From the IMG/VR virus record IMGVR_UViG_2846068587_000001: 64,000 bases of DNA. One strand, 5' to 3'. The DNA is from an uncultured virus (IMG/VR IMGVR_UViG_2846068587_000001). Taxonomy: Duplodnaviria > Heunggongvirae > Uroviricota > Caudoviricetes. Below are positions 9,760 through 21,520 of this stretch, in pieces (position 1 is the first letter of the stretch; each line of letters opens with the position of its first letter). A program made the translations under genes and the position numbers. The notes below the pieces were generated by a model that had not been told where the DNA came from, did not search any database, and worked only from the letters and a program-made list of their open reading frames with translations.

Positions 9760-9907
9760 ATTTTTCATTTTTTATGTATCCATATTCGATGCATGAATAG
9801 CTAATTTAATCACAATAGTTATATACCTGCTCTAAAGCGGCGTTACTAGACGCCGCTAACATCGACTGTTTAAGTGAGTTCCAAGTTCCTTGATGCCTAA
9901 AAGTAGC

Positions 9908-9931
9908 TTCCGCTCCTCACTCTCAGCAACC
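9908..9931 (+). repeat. Palindromic cassette site, type A
   Basis: TTCCGCT-CCTCACTCTC-AGCAACC. Confidence 0.7.
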
Positions 9932-10048
9932 ATCTAAACAGATGGCCTCCAATGTCGCCTGTGGTAAACGGCTTACCACGGGTAGACTCGGCGCCCATCC
10001 AGCCCCTCGATACACGCCGATACTTCCCACCCAATAGAACCCTAACCC

Positions 10049-10516
10049 TCACACCGGCAACTCTCTTGCCAACTGCGCCAGGATCTCCCGTCTACTCGGT
10101 AGGCGGTTGCTTTGGTGGACCTGTTGCCAGGCGCGGCGTTGGGTCTTGGTTTTATGCTGGAGCAAGACATCGATCTTACTGGCGGGGATGCCGAGTAGGG
10201 TGGAGATCTCCCGGCGTGCGTATTGGTGCAGATGCAGCTGGTAAATGGCGCTGACGATGGCGTAGGAGTAGCTGCGGCGCAGGCCAATGTTAAAGCGCTG
10301 CGGTACTCGACGCCGCTGTGTGGGTTCGCTCGGCACGGGACGAGGGCAGGGTATCCATCTTGCTCCATTACGGATGGCAGCGCGTTGGCGCAGACCCCAG
10401 AGGAGCCGAGCCGTGTGGTCACAGCGATCGTCCTGGGTGCGCGGTGCCGGGTAGATTAAGGGATCGTACTGATCGTCGTCGTACTCTTCTTCTGGTGTGA
10501 TATCGCGGAGTTTCAT
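10049..10516 (-). CDS. Phage early hypothetical protein with HTH-like C-terminus
   Basis: AAGGAG RBS; ARREISTLLGIPASKIDVLL HTH-like segment. Confidence 0.7.
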   Translation of the reverse strand: MKLRDITPEEEYDDDQYDPLIYPAPRTQDDRCDHTARLLWGLRQRAAIRNGARWIPCPRPVPSEPTQRRRVPQRFNIGLRRSYSYAIVSAIYQLHLHQYARREISTLLGIPASKIDVLLQHKTKTQRRAWQQVHQSNRLPSRREILAQLARELPV

Positions 10517-10545
10517 TATGCGCTCCTTGCTCGGTTTAGGGCGGA

Positions 10546-10695
10546 TTACAGCCGGTGGATCAGCAGCAGCGTCAGCCCGGCGATGGCCAGGCAGGCCAGG
10601 AAAATGACCCAGCCGTGGGGAGCGCTCGGTGGTTGGCGCAGTGCTTTGCCGCTGAGTTTGTAGCGATACAGTCCATTAATCGGGGGTGTTTTCAT
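10546..10695 (-). CDS. 49-aa membrane peptide
   Basis: MKTPPINGLYRY...GWVIFLACLAIAGLTLLLIHRL, GAGG RBS; below the ORF-track cutoff. Confidence 0.55.
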   Translation of the reverse strand: MKTPPINGLYRYKLSGKALRQPPSAPHGWVIFLACLAIAGLTLLLIHRL

Positions 10696-10762
10696 GGCAG
10701 CCTCGGGATGGTTGAGTTCTCCTTATGGGGGATACCCCGGCCAGCGCCGGGGTGTGTCGTCG

Positions 10763-11068
10763 TCAGTCACCGCGATACACGGCGCCGCCGGGGCCTCGAT
10801 GCCATGGCGGCGTGGGTTCGTACAGTGCTCCGGCGCTGGGGTGAGGTGGCATTGGCTGGAGCACCTGACGGCGAGGCTGGCGTGGGTAGAACGCCGCCGC
10901 CCGGTCGCGTAGGCGGTCGGCTGACCATTGACGCCATGACTTACCATCAAACTGCGGGTTAGGCTGCCCGGCGCGTAATAGAGGAAGTAGCGCGATAACC
11001 TCGGCGACGAGGCGTTGGATCTGCCGTTGGCGGGCGTTGTCCGCTGGCGTTTCTTTGCACTTTTCCAT
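10763..11068 (-). CDS. Phage hypothetical protein
   Basis: AAGGAG RBS; in operon downstream of recT. Confidence 0.6.
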   Translation of the reverse strand: MEKCKETPADNARQRQIQRLVAEVIALLPLLRAGQPNPQFDGKSWRQWSADRLRDRAAAFYPRQPRRQVLQPMPPHPSAGALYEPTPPWHRGPGGAVYRGD

Positions 11069-11086
11069 GGCGGCTCTCCTTTAATA

Positions 11087-12157
11087 TCAGGCGTATTCGG
11101 CGCGCAGATCATCCAGCGCTAGGGTGAAGCGCTGTTGCTCGCCGAGCGGTAAGATCGCCAGGCGGTTTTTGACCAGATTTTCCAACTGCTGAAAGGCGGC
11201 GCGATCACCGGGGGATAGCGCATCGAACGCGGCTTCGATTTCCAGTGCCGCTTTATAGCCGCTGCGCTTTTTCTGGCTTTTCCCGCGCAGTTCGAACAGC
11301 AGCTGGCTGCCCAGCGTGGATTTATGTTGGGCGATGCGCTGTTCAACCTGACGGATTGCCTCCAGTGTCGAGGCCTCCTCCAAGGCTTGACGCAAGCTTT
11401 CGCCTAGCGTGGCGTCGTGGCTGTCCGCTGGCACCTCCGGTTGTGCGTCGTTTGCTGAGTTGGCACTGTCTACCAGATCGTTGATGGAGACGCTGGGGGT
11501 GATGTCTTTTTCTTCCCGTGCCTGTGGATCTTCCAACTCGTCGGTGGAGTAGACGCCCAGCAATACGTCTGGGGTGTAGAGGCGCGCCCAGCGTTTGGCG
11601 GCCAGGTAGGCCAGCTGCTGCTTGGGATCGCTGGCCCATAGGGTGGAGTTGCGCACCTGGGCCTGAGAGAGCATCAGCACCAGTTCGCGCGGCGTATCTT
11701 CACCGCGCAGGGTGGCCCAGACCTTAATCCCACAGCCTTTTTCATCGGCCAGCGTCCAGCCCGGCGCGATGTAGCTGTGCCCCTTGGCGGAAGTTTTTTC
11801 GATAAATTTGCCGATCACGTTTTCCCAGGGACCGAACCAGTCGTAGTGCAGGCGATCTTTGGTGGGTGACATGGTGGTGATGATGGCGTTGACCAGCTGC
11901 GCCTCATACCCCAGGGTGCCGCTGACGATATGGGTTTTCTGCGCGACGGCAAAGGGATCCATACCCCAGCGGGCGGCCTGCATGGTGACGGCCATGCAGG
12001 CGTCGGGACTCTTCTGGAAGTGGGCGGGCACCATGGCGCCGCTGCCGGCCATGACGCGGGAGAGGGTCATCAGGCGGTCAAACAGTTCGCCATTGGTCAG
12101 GATGGTGACGTTATCGATCAGCGCGTTGTGGTTGTTGTCGGTGGTTTCCGTTTTCAT
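11087..12157 (-). CDS. recT: RecT-family single-strand annealing protein
   Basis: VPAHFQKSPDACMAVTMQAARWGMDPFAVAQKT...GYEAQLVNA...WASDPKQQLAY; adjacent to recE. Confidence 0.9.
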   Translation of the reverse strand: MKTETTDNNHNALIDNVTILTNGELFDRLMTLSRVMAGSGAMVPAHFQKSPDACMAVTMQAARWGMDPFAVAQKTHIVSGTLGYEAQLVNAIITTMSPTKDRLHYDWFGPWENVIGKFIEKTSAKGHSYIAPGWTLADEKGCGIKVWATLRGEDTPRELVLMLSQAQVRNSTLWASDPKQQLAYLAAKRWARLYTPDVLLGVYSTDELEDPQAREEKDITPSVSINDLVDSANSANDAQPEVPADSHDATLGESLRQALEEASTLEAIRQVEQRIAQHKSTLGSQLLFELRGKSQKKRSGYKAALEIEAAFDALSPGDRAAFQQLENLVKNRLAILPLGEQQRFTLALDDLRAEYA

Positions 12158-12166
12158 ATGGGCTCC

Positions 12167-14656
<2,490 letters not shown>

Positions 14657-14756
14657 AGCGATGTTCTCCTGGCGTAAAGAGGAAAGGGAGAAGCAAAGGG
14701 AAAAATAGCGTGCGGGTGGCTGGACAGCGCTGGGGCTGTCCGGCCTGGGGTAGGGA

Positions 14757-14849
14757 TTAGTCGTCTGCGTGGCGGAAATGACGTGAGTCTTCGGCCAGCT
14801 CGATTAAATCCCCGTCGCGGTCAAAGAAGGCGACGCGGATATCGTAGAT
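14757..14849 (-). pseudogene. Headless 3' fragment of a phage early gene
   Basis: IYDIRVAFFDRDGDLIELAEDSRHFRHADD* with no start codon; abrupt GC drop at ~14847. Confidence 0.5.
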
Positions 14850-14867
14850 GTATCTGCTGCATTTACC

Positions 14868-15347
14868 GTGATAAAAGAGGTGCTTGGACTTCTTAACGTT
14901 GTTAATGGTGCAAAGTCTGACTATGAGATAAAAGCTGCAACGTCAGAAATTCAAGGAAAGTTAATCACGTTGCAAAACGATTGTTTTGCTCTTGGCGATA
15001 TGATTCGCGCGAAAGAAGCAGAAGTAGTAGCGCTCAAAGCACAAATTGCAGAGTTTGAAGATTTCAAACAGCAGGTAGAAGGTTATATCCTTGATAAGCT
15101 TGACTCTGGTACGCTTGTTTACGCTAAGCGTCACACCATAAATGGTGCGGAGACAATGGTGTATCTTTGCCCAAATTGCTTCACCAAACGTATAATATCG
15201 ATACTTCAACCAATAGTTATATCTTCGGATTTTCGCTTTCATAAGAGTCGTTGCCTGTCTTGTGAGCATGAATTCACGATAAATAAGAATGATGGCTATC
15301 GATCACCGGCTTCTCGGTATATGAGTAACTCAGGGTGGTCTTTGTAG
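14868..15347 (+). CDS. Coiled-coil plus Zn-ribbon moron protein, probably missing its native start
   Basis: CPNC...CLSC; frame stays open upstream (DVSAAFT) into the junction, with no RBS. Confidence 0.6.
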   Translation: MIKEVLGLLNVVNGAKSDYEIKAATSEIQGKLITLQNDCFALGDMIRAKEAEVVALKAQIAEFEDFKQQVEGYILDKLDSGTLVYAKRHTINGAETMVYLCPNCFTKRIISILQPIVISSDFRFHKSRCLSCEHEFTINKNDGYRSPASRYMSNSGWSL

Positions 15348-15350
15348 GTG

Positions 15351-15421
15351 CATACTCAGCTGCGGTCTGTGACTCACCGCCATGACGCCCGTTATGACAG
15401 TGCAGACCGCAGATGGGTATG
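15351..15421. repeat. Long imperfect hairpin at the left flank of the cassette locus
   Basis: CATACTCAGCTGCGGTCTG / CAGACCGCAGATGGGTATG; half-copies at ~8737 and ~18517. Confidence 0.8.
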
Positions 15422-15499
15422 ATTATTTTAATTGCAAATTATATCCTTAATTATTGTATATTACTTAATAGATTGTTGTGTGGTGTTATTATACTGACT

Positions 15500-15523
15500 G
15501 TCGGATTTATGCCAGGAGCGGAT
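15500..15523 (+). repeat. Palindromic cassette site, type B
   Basis: GTCGGAT-TTATGCCAGG-AGCGGAT. Confidence 0.75.
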
Positions 15524-15708
15524 ATAGCGACAGCATACATAATTTCATGAATTTTTTAAAATTTTCCGCGTGGTTTCTGATTGACTAATGAAAATTAATT
15601 GAAATTATAAAGCATTGGCAGTAAATTGTGCAGTGTCGATGGTATAGCATTTACAAAAAAACGATCGGATATATTTAACATTCTCAATCATTAGATGAAA
15701 AGTGAATC

Positions 15709-16614
15709 ATGGATAGCTTAAAAAAGAAAGAGAATATATTTGTCAGGGTGCTCATAGTGTTGTTCTGCATTTTGCTGGCCTCAATGATAATGTTTAGTTA
15801 TTTTTATCTCGACCCTAGAGGAGAAATAAATTCAGGTGTAATCATCTTACTTTCATTACTACTCATTCTAATTTTATCAGAGAGTTTTGATAATTTCTCT
15901 CTTGGGAAGTTAATTTCTATTAGTCGAGAGGTCAAGCGAAAAGAACAAGAGGTTAATAAACTTGAAAGAGAAAAAATAGAACTCTTTAATCAATTGATTA
16001 AATTTACCAGCATTCAGCATCAGACCCAGCAGCATACTAATGTCTACGGAGATTATCATGCGGGAAAAGGAGCCTCAGTTGAACGCGCATCTGAGCAGGA
16101 AGTTGAGGCTAAAGCTTCTGACGAACGTCCAAAATCTAATGATGCACCAGGGCAAGGATATCGTATCGATTTTCATAAAGTTGAATCAATTGCAATGCAG
16201 AAATATATTTCAGATAAGGGTATACATTCTGCAAATGTGATTCGTGAAGCAAAACTTGTCACACAATTTTATGGGATAGATCCCATAAGTAACAATCAAC
16301 CAATTTTTGATGGTTATTATAAGAGTGACGAAAAAGAAATATTTATAGAGTTTAAAGCAAATCGCGGCATGCACATGATGCTTAGAGATCGAATTTATAT
16401 GATGCTTTCTAAACTAAATCATTATCAAAATGCAAAAGGGATAAACGTACACCTCGATTTGGTTTTGTTGAATCTTCCAGAGGATGGGAGTACGTATAGA
16501 ATAAATGATCGCTTTATGCAGGACTTCGAACCAGCAATAGTCTCTGGGCTTTTACGCATAAAAGAAATAGAAATAACTCAAGAGGAAATGGATTCCTGTA
16601 GGCGAGAGGTGTAG
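15709..16614 (+). CDS. 2-TM, coiled-coil protein with C-terminal PD-(D/E)xK-like domain
   Basis: Two N-terminal hydrophobic helices; IFDGYY...IFIEFK motif. Confidence 0.6.
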   Translation: MDSLKKKENIFVRVLIVLFCILLASMIMFSYFYLDPRGEINSGVIILLSLLLILILSESFDNFSLGKLISISREVKRKEQEVNKLEREKIELFNQLIKFTSIQHQTQQHTNVYGDYHAGKGASVERASEQEVEAKASDERPKSNDAPGQGYRIDFHKVESIAMQKYISDKGIHSANVIREAKLVTQFYGIDPISNNQPIFDGYYKSDEKEIFIEFKANRGMHMMLRDRIYMMLSKLNHYQNAKGINVHLDLVLLNLPEDGSTYRINDRFMQDFEPAIVSGLLRIKEIEITQEEMDSCRREV

Positions 16615-16675
16615 ATGTTTATCTAAACATAACACTACATGCACACTAAAATAGTGCGTCGGTTGTATGAATGAT

Positions 16676-16741
16676 GTCCGCTCTTCGCACACAGCGAACC
16701 TTGTGGCCTTGATTTCTGTCCGCTCCGTGCTATATGTAGAC
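16676..16741 (+). repeat. Tandem type A plus type B palindromic sites (cassette-cassette junction)
   Basis: GTCCGCT-CTTCGCACAC-AGCGAAC, 18-bp gap, then GTCCGCT-CCGTGCTATA-TGTAGAC. Confidence 0.8.
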
Positions 16742-16913
16742 ACTGCAAATATAATTCTTTGTTAATCAGTAGGAAATGCTCAGTCTGTATTATGTAGGGA
16801 TGTAATACAGTCATTTTAATTTATATCTGTATGTTTAATTTTACTTTAACCTGCATTAAGCAGTATAATATTACTGACTTTATAAGAATTTAAGACGTCG
16901 AAAGAGTATTAAA

Positions 16914-17755
16914 ATGAAAAAAACTCAGTTAGCAAACGAATTGAACTATCACAAAATTCAAAATTGAATGGCTTTTGTCTTATATGTGGCACGGAGGGTA
17001 AGTTAACGAAAGACCACGTACCGCCAACTAACTCACTTTTAACTATCGTTGATAGCCAAAAAACAGCCGTGGAGTTTTTTTCTAGGGAAGGTAGCGTAAA
17101 ACCACAGCGAATAACAACAGGTAACTACTCACGCACGCTCTGTTCTGACTGTAATAATAATGTATTAGGTTCTTTAGACTCAGAAATAGGCATTGTGCAT
17201 AAAATGCTATCAGAGAAAATTTTAAAAAAAATAAATAACAAGCAAGAATGCAATGATGCCATTAATGTCCCGGTTAATATTTCCAAGTACATGAGAGCAA
17301 TGGTAGGTCATATAATAGCAGCATTACCCTCGTCCTTTTGCTCAAGACCTTTAGATACGCCATTCTACACACCATTAAGAAACTTTGTCTTAGGCGATGA
17401 ATCAGGCGCTGATAATTTCGACTTCTATTACTGGTTTTTCCCCATGAACTATCAGATGGTTATTAATAATTTTGCCTTTAATGATTCTAAGCAACTCAGA
17501 TACACATTAGGTTCAATAATTTCATTCTACCCAATATCATTTATGATTGTAGATAAGAGCAGTAAAGAATATAATAAAGGATATAGTGTTGCAATACCAC
17601 CTGGAGCCGTGAAAATGGAACTGGCTGATGATGAACTAAAAATAAACCTTTCATCCTGGAATGATATTAAAACAGGATTTCCTTACACAGGGATTAATGA
17701 GTATGAGGTGCTCATGTTAAGTGAGGATCTTTCATTTGTAACTTATAAAAAATAA
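16914..17755 (+). CDS. HNH endonuclease-like protein; ATG 16914 is out of frame by 1 nt in an A7 run (in-frame TTG at 16964)
   Basis: CLICG...LTKDHVPP...LCSDCNN..LG motif. Confidence 0.7.
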
Positions 17756-17821
17756 CAATTAACAATACATCACTTATGTGTGAGTAGTTTTAAAGTGTAA
17801 ACAATTCATAATGGAAAAAGC

Positions 17822-18112
17822 ATGATGATTGAAACTATAAAAATACTAGCGGCAATTAGTAGCATCATTGGCTCTATGATTCTGGCTTATCGAGTTACAG
17901 GAATTCTTGCAGCACTTTCTCTTGCAGTAAATTGCTATGAGGTAAACATTAGACAATTAATGCCAACTCATGAGGGGGATATTCATTATCTCTCAAATGT
18001 AACTATGCACGTTAAAAATGCGCAAAAGAAACGGCTCCTAATCACGGGGTTTATCTTTTTAATTTTATCTGGCTTTTTGCAGTTTACAGCTTTGATAATG
18101 GCAAATATTTAA
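17822..18112 (+). CDS. Small 2-TM membrane protein
   Basis: Hydrophobic N- and C-terminal helices; same cassette as the HNH gene. Confidence 0.65.
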   Translation: MMIETIKILAAISSIIGSMILAYRVTGILAALSLAVNCYEVNIRQLMPTHEGDIHYLSNVTMHVKNAQKKRLLITGFIFLILSGFLQFTALIMANI

Positions 18113-18185
18113 CAATGGAATGATGCTATCGGTGGTGCGGCTGAAACGATTTGTACGTCATTTAAGCCGCATCGAAATTTAAAGT

Positions 18186-18215
18186 AACGTCCACAGTTCG
18201 CTCTTAGCGGACGTT
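18186..18215 (+). repeat. Palindromic cassette site, type A
   Basis: AAC-GTCCACA-GTTCGCTCTT-AGCGGAC-GTT. Confidence 0.8.
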
Positions 18216-18223
18216 TGGTTAGT

Positions 18224-18418
18224 AGATTACACTCTCCATTATTACGATATCCTATACAGCGCCATCTGTGCCAAACAGCAGTTGTCCCAACTGGGCTGCG
18301 GCTGTTGGCGCTCACCGCTGCACAGTACGATCACATCTACCCGATGTGACACGCGCTTGCTGGCGATTTCTGCCCGGTTTAGGGCAGGGCGGTGCGCTAA
18401 TTTTAAACCTAACGCATG
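18224..18418 (-). pseudogene. Duplicated 3' half of the N gene
   Basis: Near-identical to ~20770-20961. Confidence 0.9.
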
Positions 18419-18760
18419 TGTGATTTGTCAGCTTACTGGATGTAGTCCTCTACAGGGTGTTCCCTTTTGCATTTCTCGATTATCTGCGATCCATCTCGGC
18501 ACTGTTTCGTGTAGATACATACCAAACTGCGGTCTGTGACTCTCCGTCATGACGCCCGTAAAGGCTGTACAGCCCGAATTAACGAATGGCAGGTAATATC
18601 CACAAGTTAACTAATCTAACCAATAGAAATTCAGGAGTACCTCACTAAAAATTGTTAATTATAACTTTAAAATGATATAGACATACTGGTTATGCTTTTC
18701 ATAATTGACTTTTTACTCTGGCGATCAACTATTTATACATTTTGTTAAAGTGGGCCTAAA

Positions 18761-20653
18761 ATGAGCAACATATACACCAAAGAATATATAAATTATTACC
18801 TTAGCCTTACAACTGAACCTCAATACGCCATTATGCTTAAAGGTGCTTGGGGGTCAGGTAAAACTTGGTTCATTGAGCGGGTTCTTGAAGAATATAAGGA
18901 AACTCATCCGGAATTCAAATTCCTAAAAGTGAGTTTGTATGGCATCAACTCCATTGAGCAGATTGAAGGTGAATTCTATCGTCAACTGCACCCTATCCTG
19001 TCAAACAAAGCCCTGATCTTTGGTGCCAACGTACTAAAAAATACGCTCAAGGCTTCGATCAAGATTGATCTCAATGGCGATAATAAACCTGACTTAAATG
19101 TTAACACCACAGTTCCCACTATTAATCTTAGCGAATTTAGCAGAAAACCTGATGGTTTTGTGTTGGTTTTTGATGATATCGAGAGAACTGGTATAGATTT
19201 GCCAATCCTATTTGGATATATAAACCACTTTGTAGAAGTAAACGGATATAAAGCGATCTTGGTTGCTAATGAAGATGAAATAATTAACAGTAAACGGCGG
19301 ATAGATAATAACGATGAAAAATCCAATGATGATTACCAGAGGACAAAAGAAAAACTTGTAGGTAAAACATTTGAAGTGATGTCAGATTTACACAGTGCTT
19401 GTAATGTTTTCCTAAGCGTAATTAGCAATCCACAAGTTTCTAATATATTTAAAGTTGATATGCAGTCAATAGAGGATCTCTATGTGTCGGCGAATTATAA
19501 TAATCTGAGGCACTTGAGACAGTTCTTTCTGGATGTACAACGCATCACTTCCCTTATGGAAGAAAAATATATCAAAAACGAGGATTTCATGAGGGTATTT
19601 TACCAGCAATTGTTAATCCTCTCGATGGAGTATCGGGGTGGAAACCTTAGTTACGAGGAGTTTAATTCAATAGGAAAGGTTAATTATGGAATACTCTTAG
19701 GTGGAAAAAATACAGAAAGTAAGTATGAAATGATCGTTAAGAAATATTCGTCTCCTGTATTAACCGAGAAGCTACTGGATGGAGAGCTCTGGAGGGAGCT
19801 AATCTGTGATGGAAAGGTAACGAATAGCATTCTCGCTCAACTGGATATTACACGATTTTTTAGAAGCTCAGATGCTCAAGCATGGGAATATTTGTGGAAC
19901 TATCGAGAACTAAATGAAAATACTCTTACTGAACAGTACTACATTGCAAAGGATAATCTGTTCTCAGGTAAGATCACCTCTTTAGGTGAAATTTTGATGA
20001 CTGCGAGTATTTTGCTGGAAATGGCGAAAGAAGGTCTAACCACAGATGTTGTTCATGACATTATAGATAAGGCAAAGCTTCATATAAGTAGTTATTACAA
20101 TAGATTGGGATCTGCGGATATACATAAGGAGTATATGCAAGCGTATTTTAACGATTTAATAGCATGGCGTGGCATGTGTTTTCTTGATAGGGATAGTGAT
20201 GATTTTAAACTCATTGTTGAGCATGTTAAGGTGTCAAGGACGAAAAGGTTTGATGCATCAGTTCAGGAATTTGCGACGCAGTTCAGTAATGAGTTGCAAA
20301 GGGGAAATCTCACGTTTCTATATGAACTGAGCCAGTCTAATAAAAGAAAGCTAAATCTTCATGATGTGCCTTTTTTGCACTTAATCGATCCTGAGATTTT
20401 CATTGAAAGCTATAGAAAGCTTGACCCAATAATCATGAGGGAATTGATGTTTAGCCTTGGGAGTCGCTATTCTGATGAGCATACAAGAAACAGACTGAAC
20501 GAAGAATACGAGTGGTTGAAGAGGCTAAAATGTACAGCTATAGATTTCGTCCAAAACGCAACCAGTAGTACCTTTCAGGTTTTTCACGTCAAATTTTTTA
20601 TTGACCATGCACTGACTGGCGCAATTAAATCATTTAATAATGGAACAGATTAA
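18761..20653 (+). CDS. KAP-family P-loop NTPase
   Basis: AIMLKGAWGSGKT Walker A, LVFDDIER Walker B, EKLVG, NLR motifs. Confidence 0.85.
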   Translation: MSNIYTKEYINYYLSLTTEPQYAIMLKGAWGSGKTWFIERVLEEYKETHPEFKFLKVSLYGINSIEQIEGEFYRQLHPILSNKALIFGANVLKNTLKASIKIDLNGDNKPDLNVNTTVPTINLSEFSRKPDGFVLVFDDIERTGIDLPILFGYINHFVEVNGYKAILVANEDEIINSKRRIDNNDEKSNDDYQRTKEKLVGKTFEVMSDLHSACNVFLSVISNPQVSNIFKVDMQSIEDLYVSANYNNLRHLRQFFLDVQRITSLMEEKYIKNEDFMRVFYQQLLILSMEYRGGNLSYEEFNSIGKVNYGILLGGKNTESKYEMIVKKYSSPVLTEKLLDGELWRELICDGKVTNSILAQLDITRFFRSSDAQAWEYLWNYRELNENTLTEQYYIAKDNLFSGKITSLGEILMTASILLEMAKEGLTTDVVHDIIDKAKLHISSYYNRLGSADIHKEYMQAYFNDLIAWRGMCFLDRDSDDFKLIVEHVKVSRTKRFDASVQEFATQFSNELQRGNLTFLYELSQSNKRKLNLHDVPFLHLIDPEIFIESYRKLDPIIMRELMFSLGSRYSDEHTRNRLNEEYEWLKRLKCTAIDFVQNATSSTFQVFHVKFFIDHALTGAIKSFNNGTD

Positions 20654-20719
20654 CATACTGTTGATTAACACAATGAAATATTATTAGAAGCACTATGGAC
20701 GGTCAGGAAAATTATTAAC

Positions 20720-20743
20720 GTCTTATCTTCACTCTTAACGGAC
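20720..20743 (+). repeat. Palindromic cassette site, type A
   Basis: GTCTTAT-CTTCACTCTT-AACGGAC. Confidence 0.7.
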
Positions 20744-20784
20744 CTTTAGTTACCCCTAGCGACGGCAGATTGCACTCTCTATTG

Positions 20785-21081
20785 TCACGATACCCTATAC
20801 AGCGCCACCTGTGCCAAACAGCAGTTGTCCCAACTGGGCTGCGGCTGTTGGCGCTCACCGGCGCACAATACGATCACATCTACCCGATGCGACTCGCGTT
20901 TGCTGGCGATTTCTGCCCGGTTTAGGGCAGGGCGGTGCGCTAGTTTTAAACCTAACGCATGATCGATACGCGACTCGATCAGCTCGCGTTGGATAGCCTG
21001 AGCCTTGCGGCGTTCGTGGCGGCGCTGGCGTGCATTTTTCTGTGCTGGCCTGACGGAGTTTCCCTTGGTGATCGCGGCCAT
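20785..21081 (-). CDS. N: N-type antiterminator
   Basis: Arg-rich motif NARQRRHERRK (P22 N-like), C-terminal DNCCLAQVALY; first gene after pL. Confidence 0.85.
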   Translation of the reverse strand: MAAITKGNSVRPAQKNARQRRHERRKAQAIQRELIESRIDHALGLKLAHRPALNRAEIASKRESHRVDVIVLCAGERQQPQPSWDNCCLAQVALYRVS

Positions 21082-21236
21082 AATCCCTCCTGGATAGATG
21101 ACGCTAACAACAGTGGACGACGGTGACTTAGGCGGTGTGGAGGAGACAGCATGATCCACACACCCCGAAGTCATCGGGATCGGAGTCAATGGGTGGTGCG
21201 TTGTCGGCACCTTCCGTAGAGCTGGACGGCTCGTTG

Positions 21237-21246
21237 GTTAAAGAGC
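21237..21246 (-). promoter_or_regulatory. nutL boxA
   Basis: GCTCTTTAAC on the minus strand between pL and N. Confidence 0.75.
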
Positions 21247-21266
21247 AATATTTGTGTTATTGCGAT

Positions 21267-21309
21267 AAAATACAAAAACAAAAAGATTATTGTCAATAAC
21301 TATAGTTGT
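21267..21309 (-). promoter_or_regulatory. pL promoter with operator
   Basis: TTGACA (21291-96)-N18-TATTTT; operator ATAAC-TATA-GTTGT at 21296-21309. Confidence 0.7.
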
Positions 21310-21520
21310 TTTTTTGCGGTTTTTTATTGTCGCATAGATGAAAAGAATATAAACGCATAAGATCATAAATCTTTCTGATTATATAGCGTTATTTCTTCTG
21401 TGTCGTTATTATTTTATATATTCATAATAACGGTAATTTGCACACGTTTATTTAGCAATCTATATGCTCATAATGTATGATTATACATCATATGTTGATG
21501 AAAAGCGTGGGTGAGTAAAA

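Noticed and set aside
7199..10392. DGR template/variable repeat pair
   Set aside because: Differences are not adenine-specific and no reverse transcriptase is present in the window
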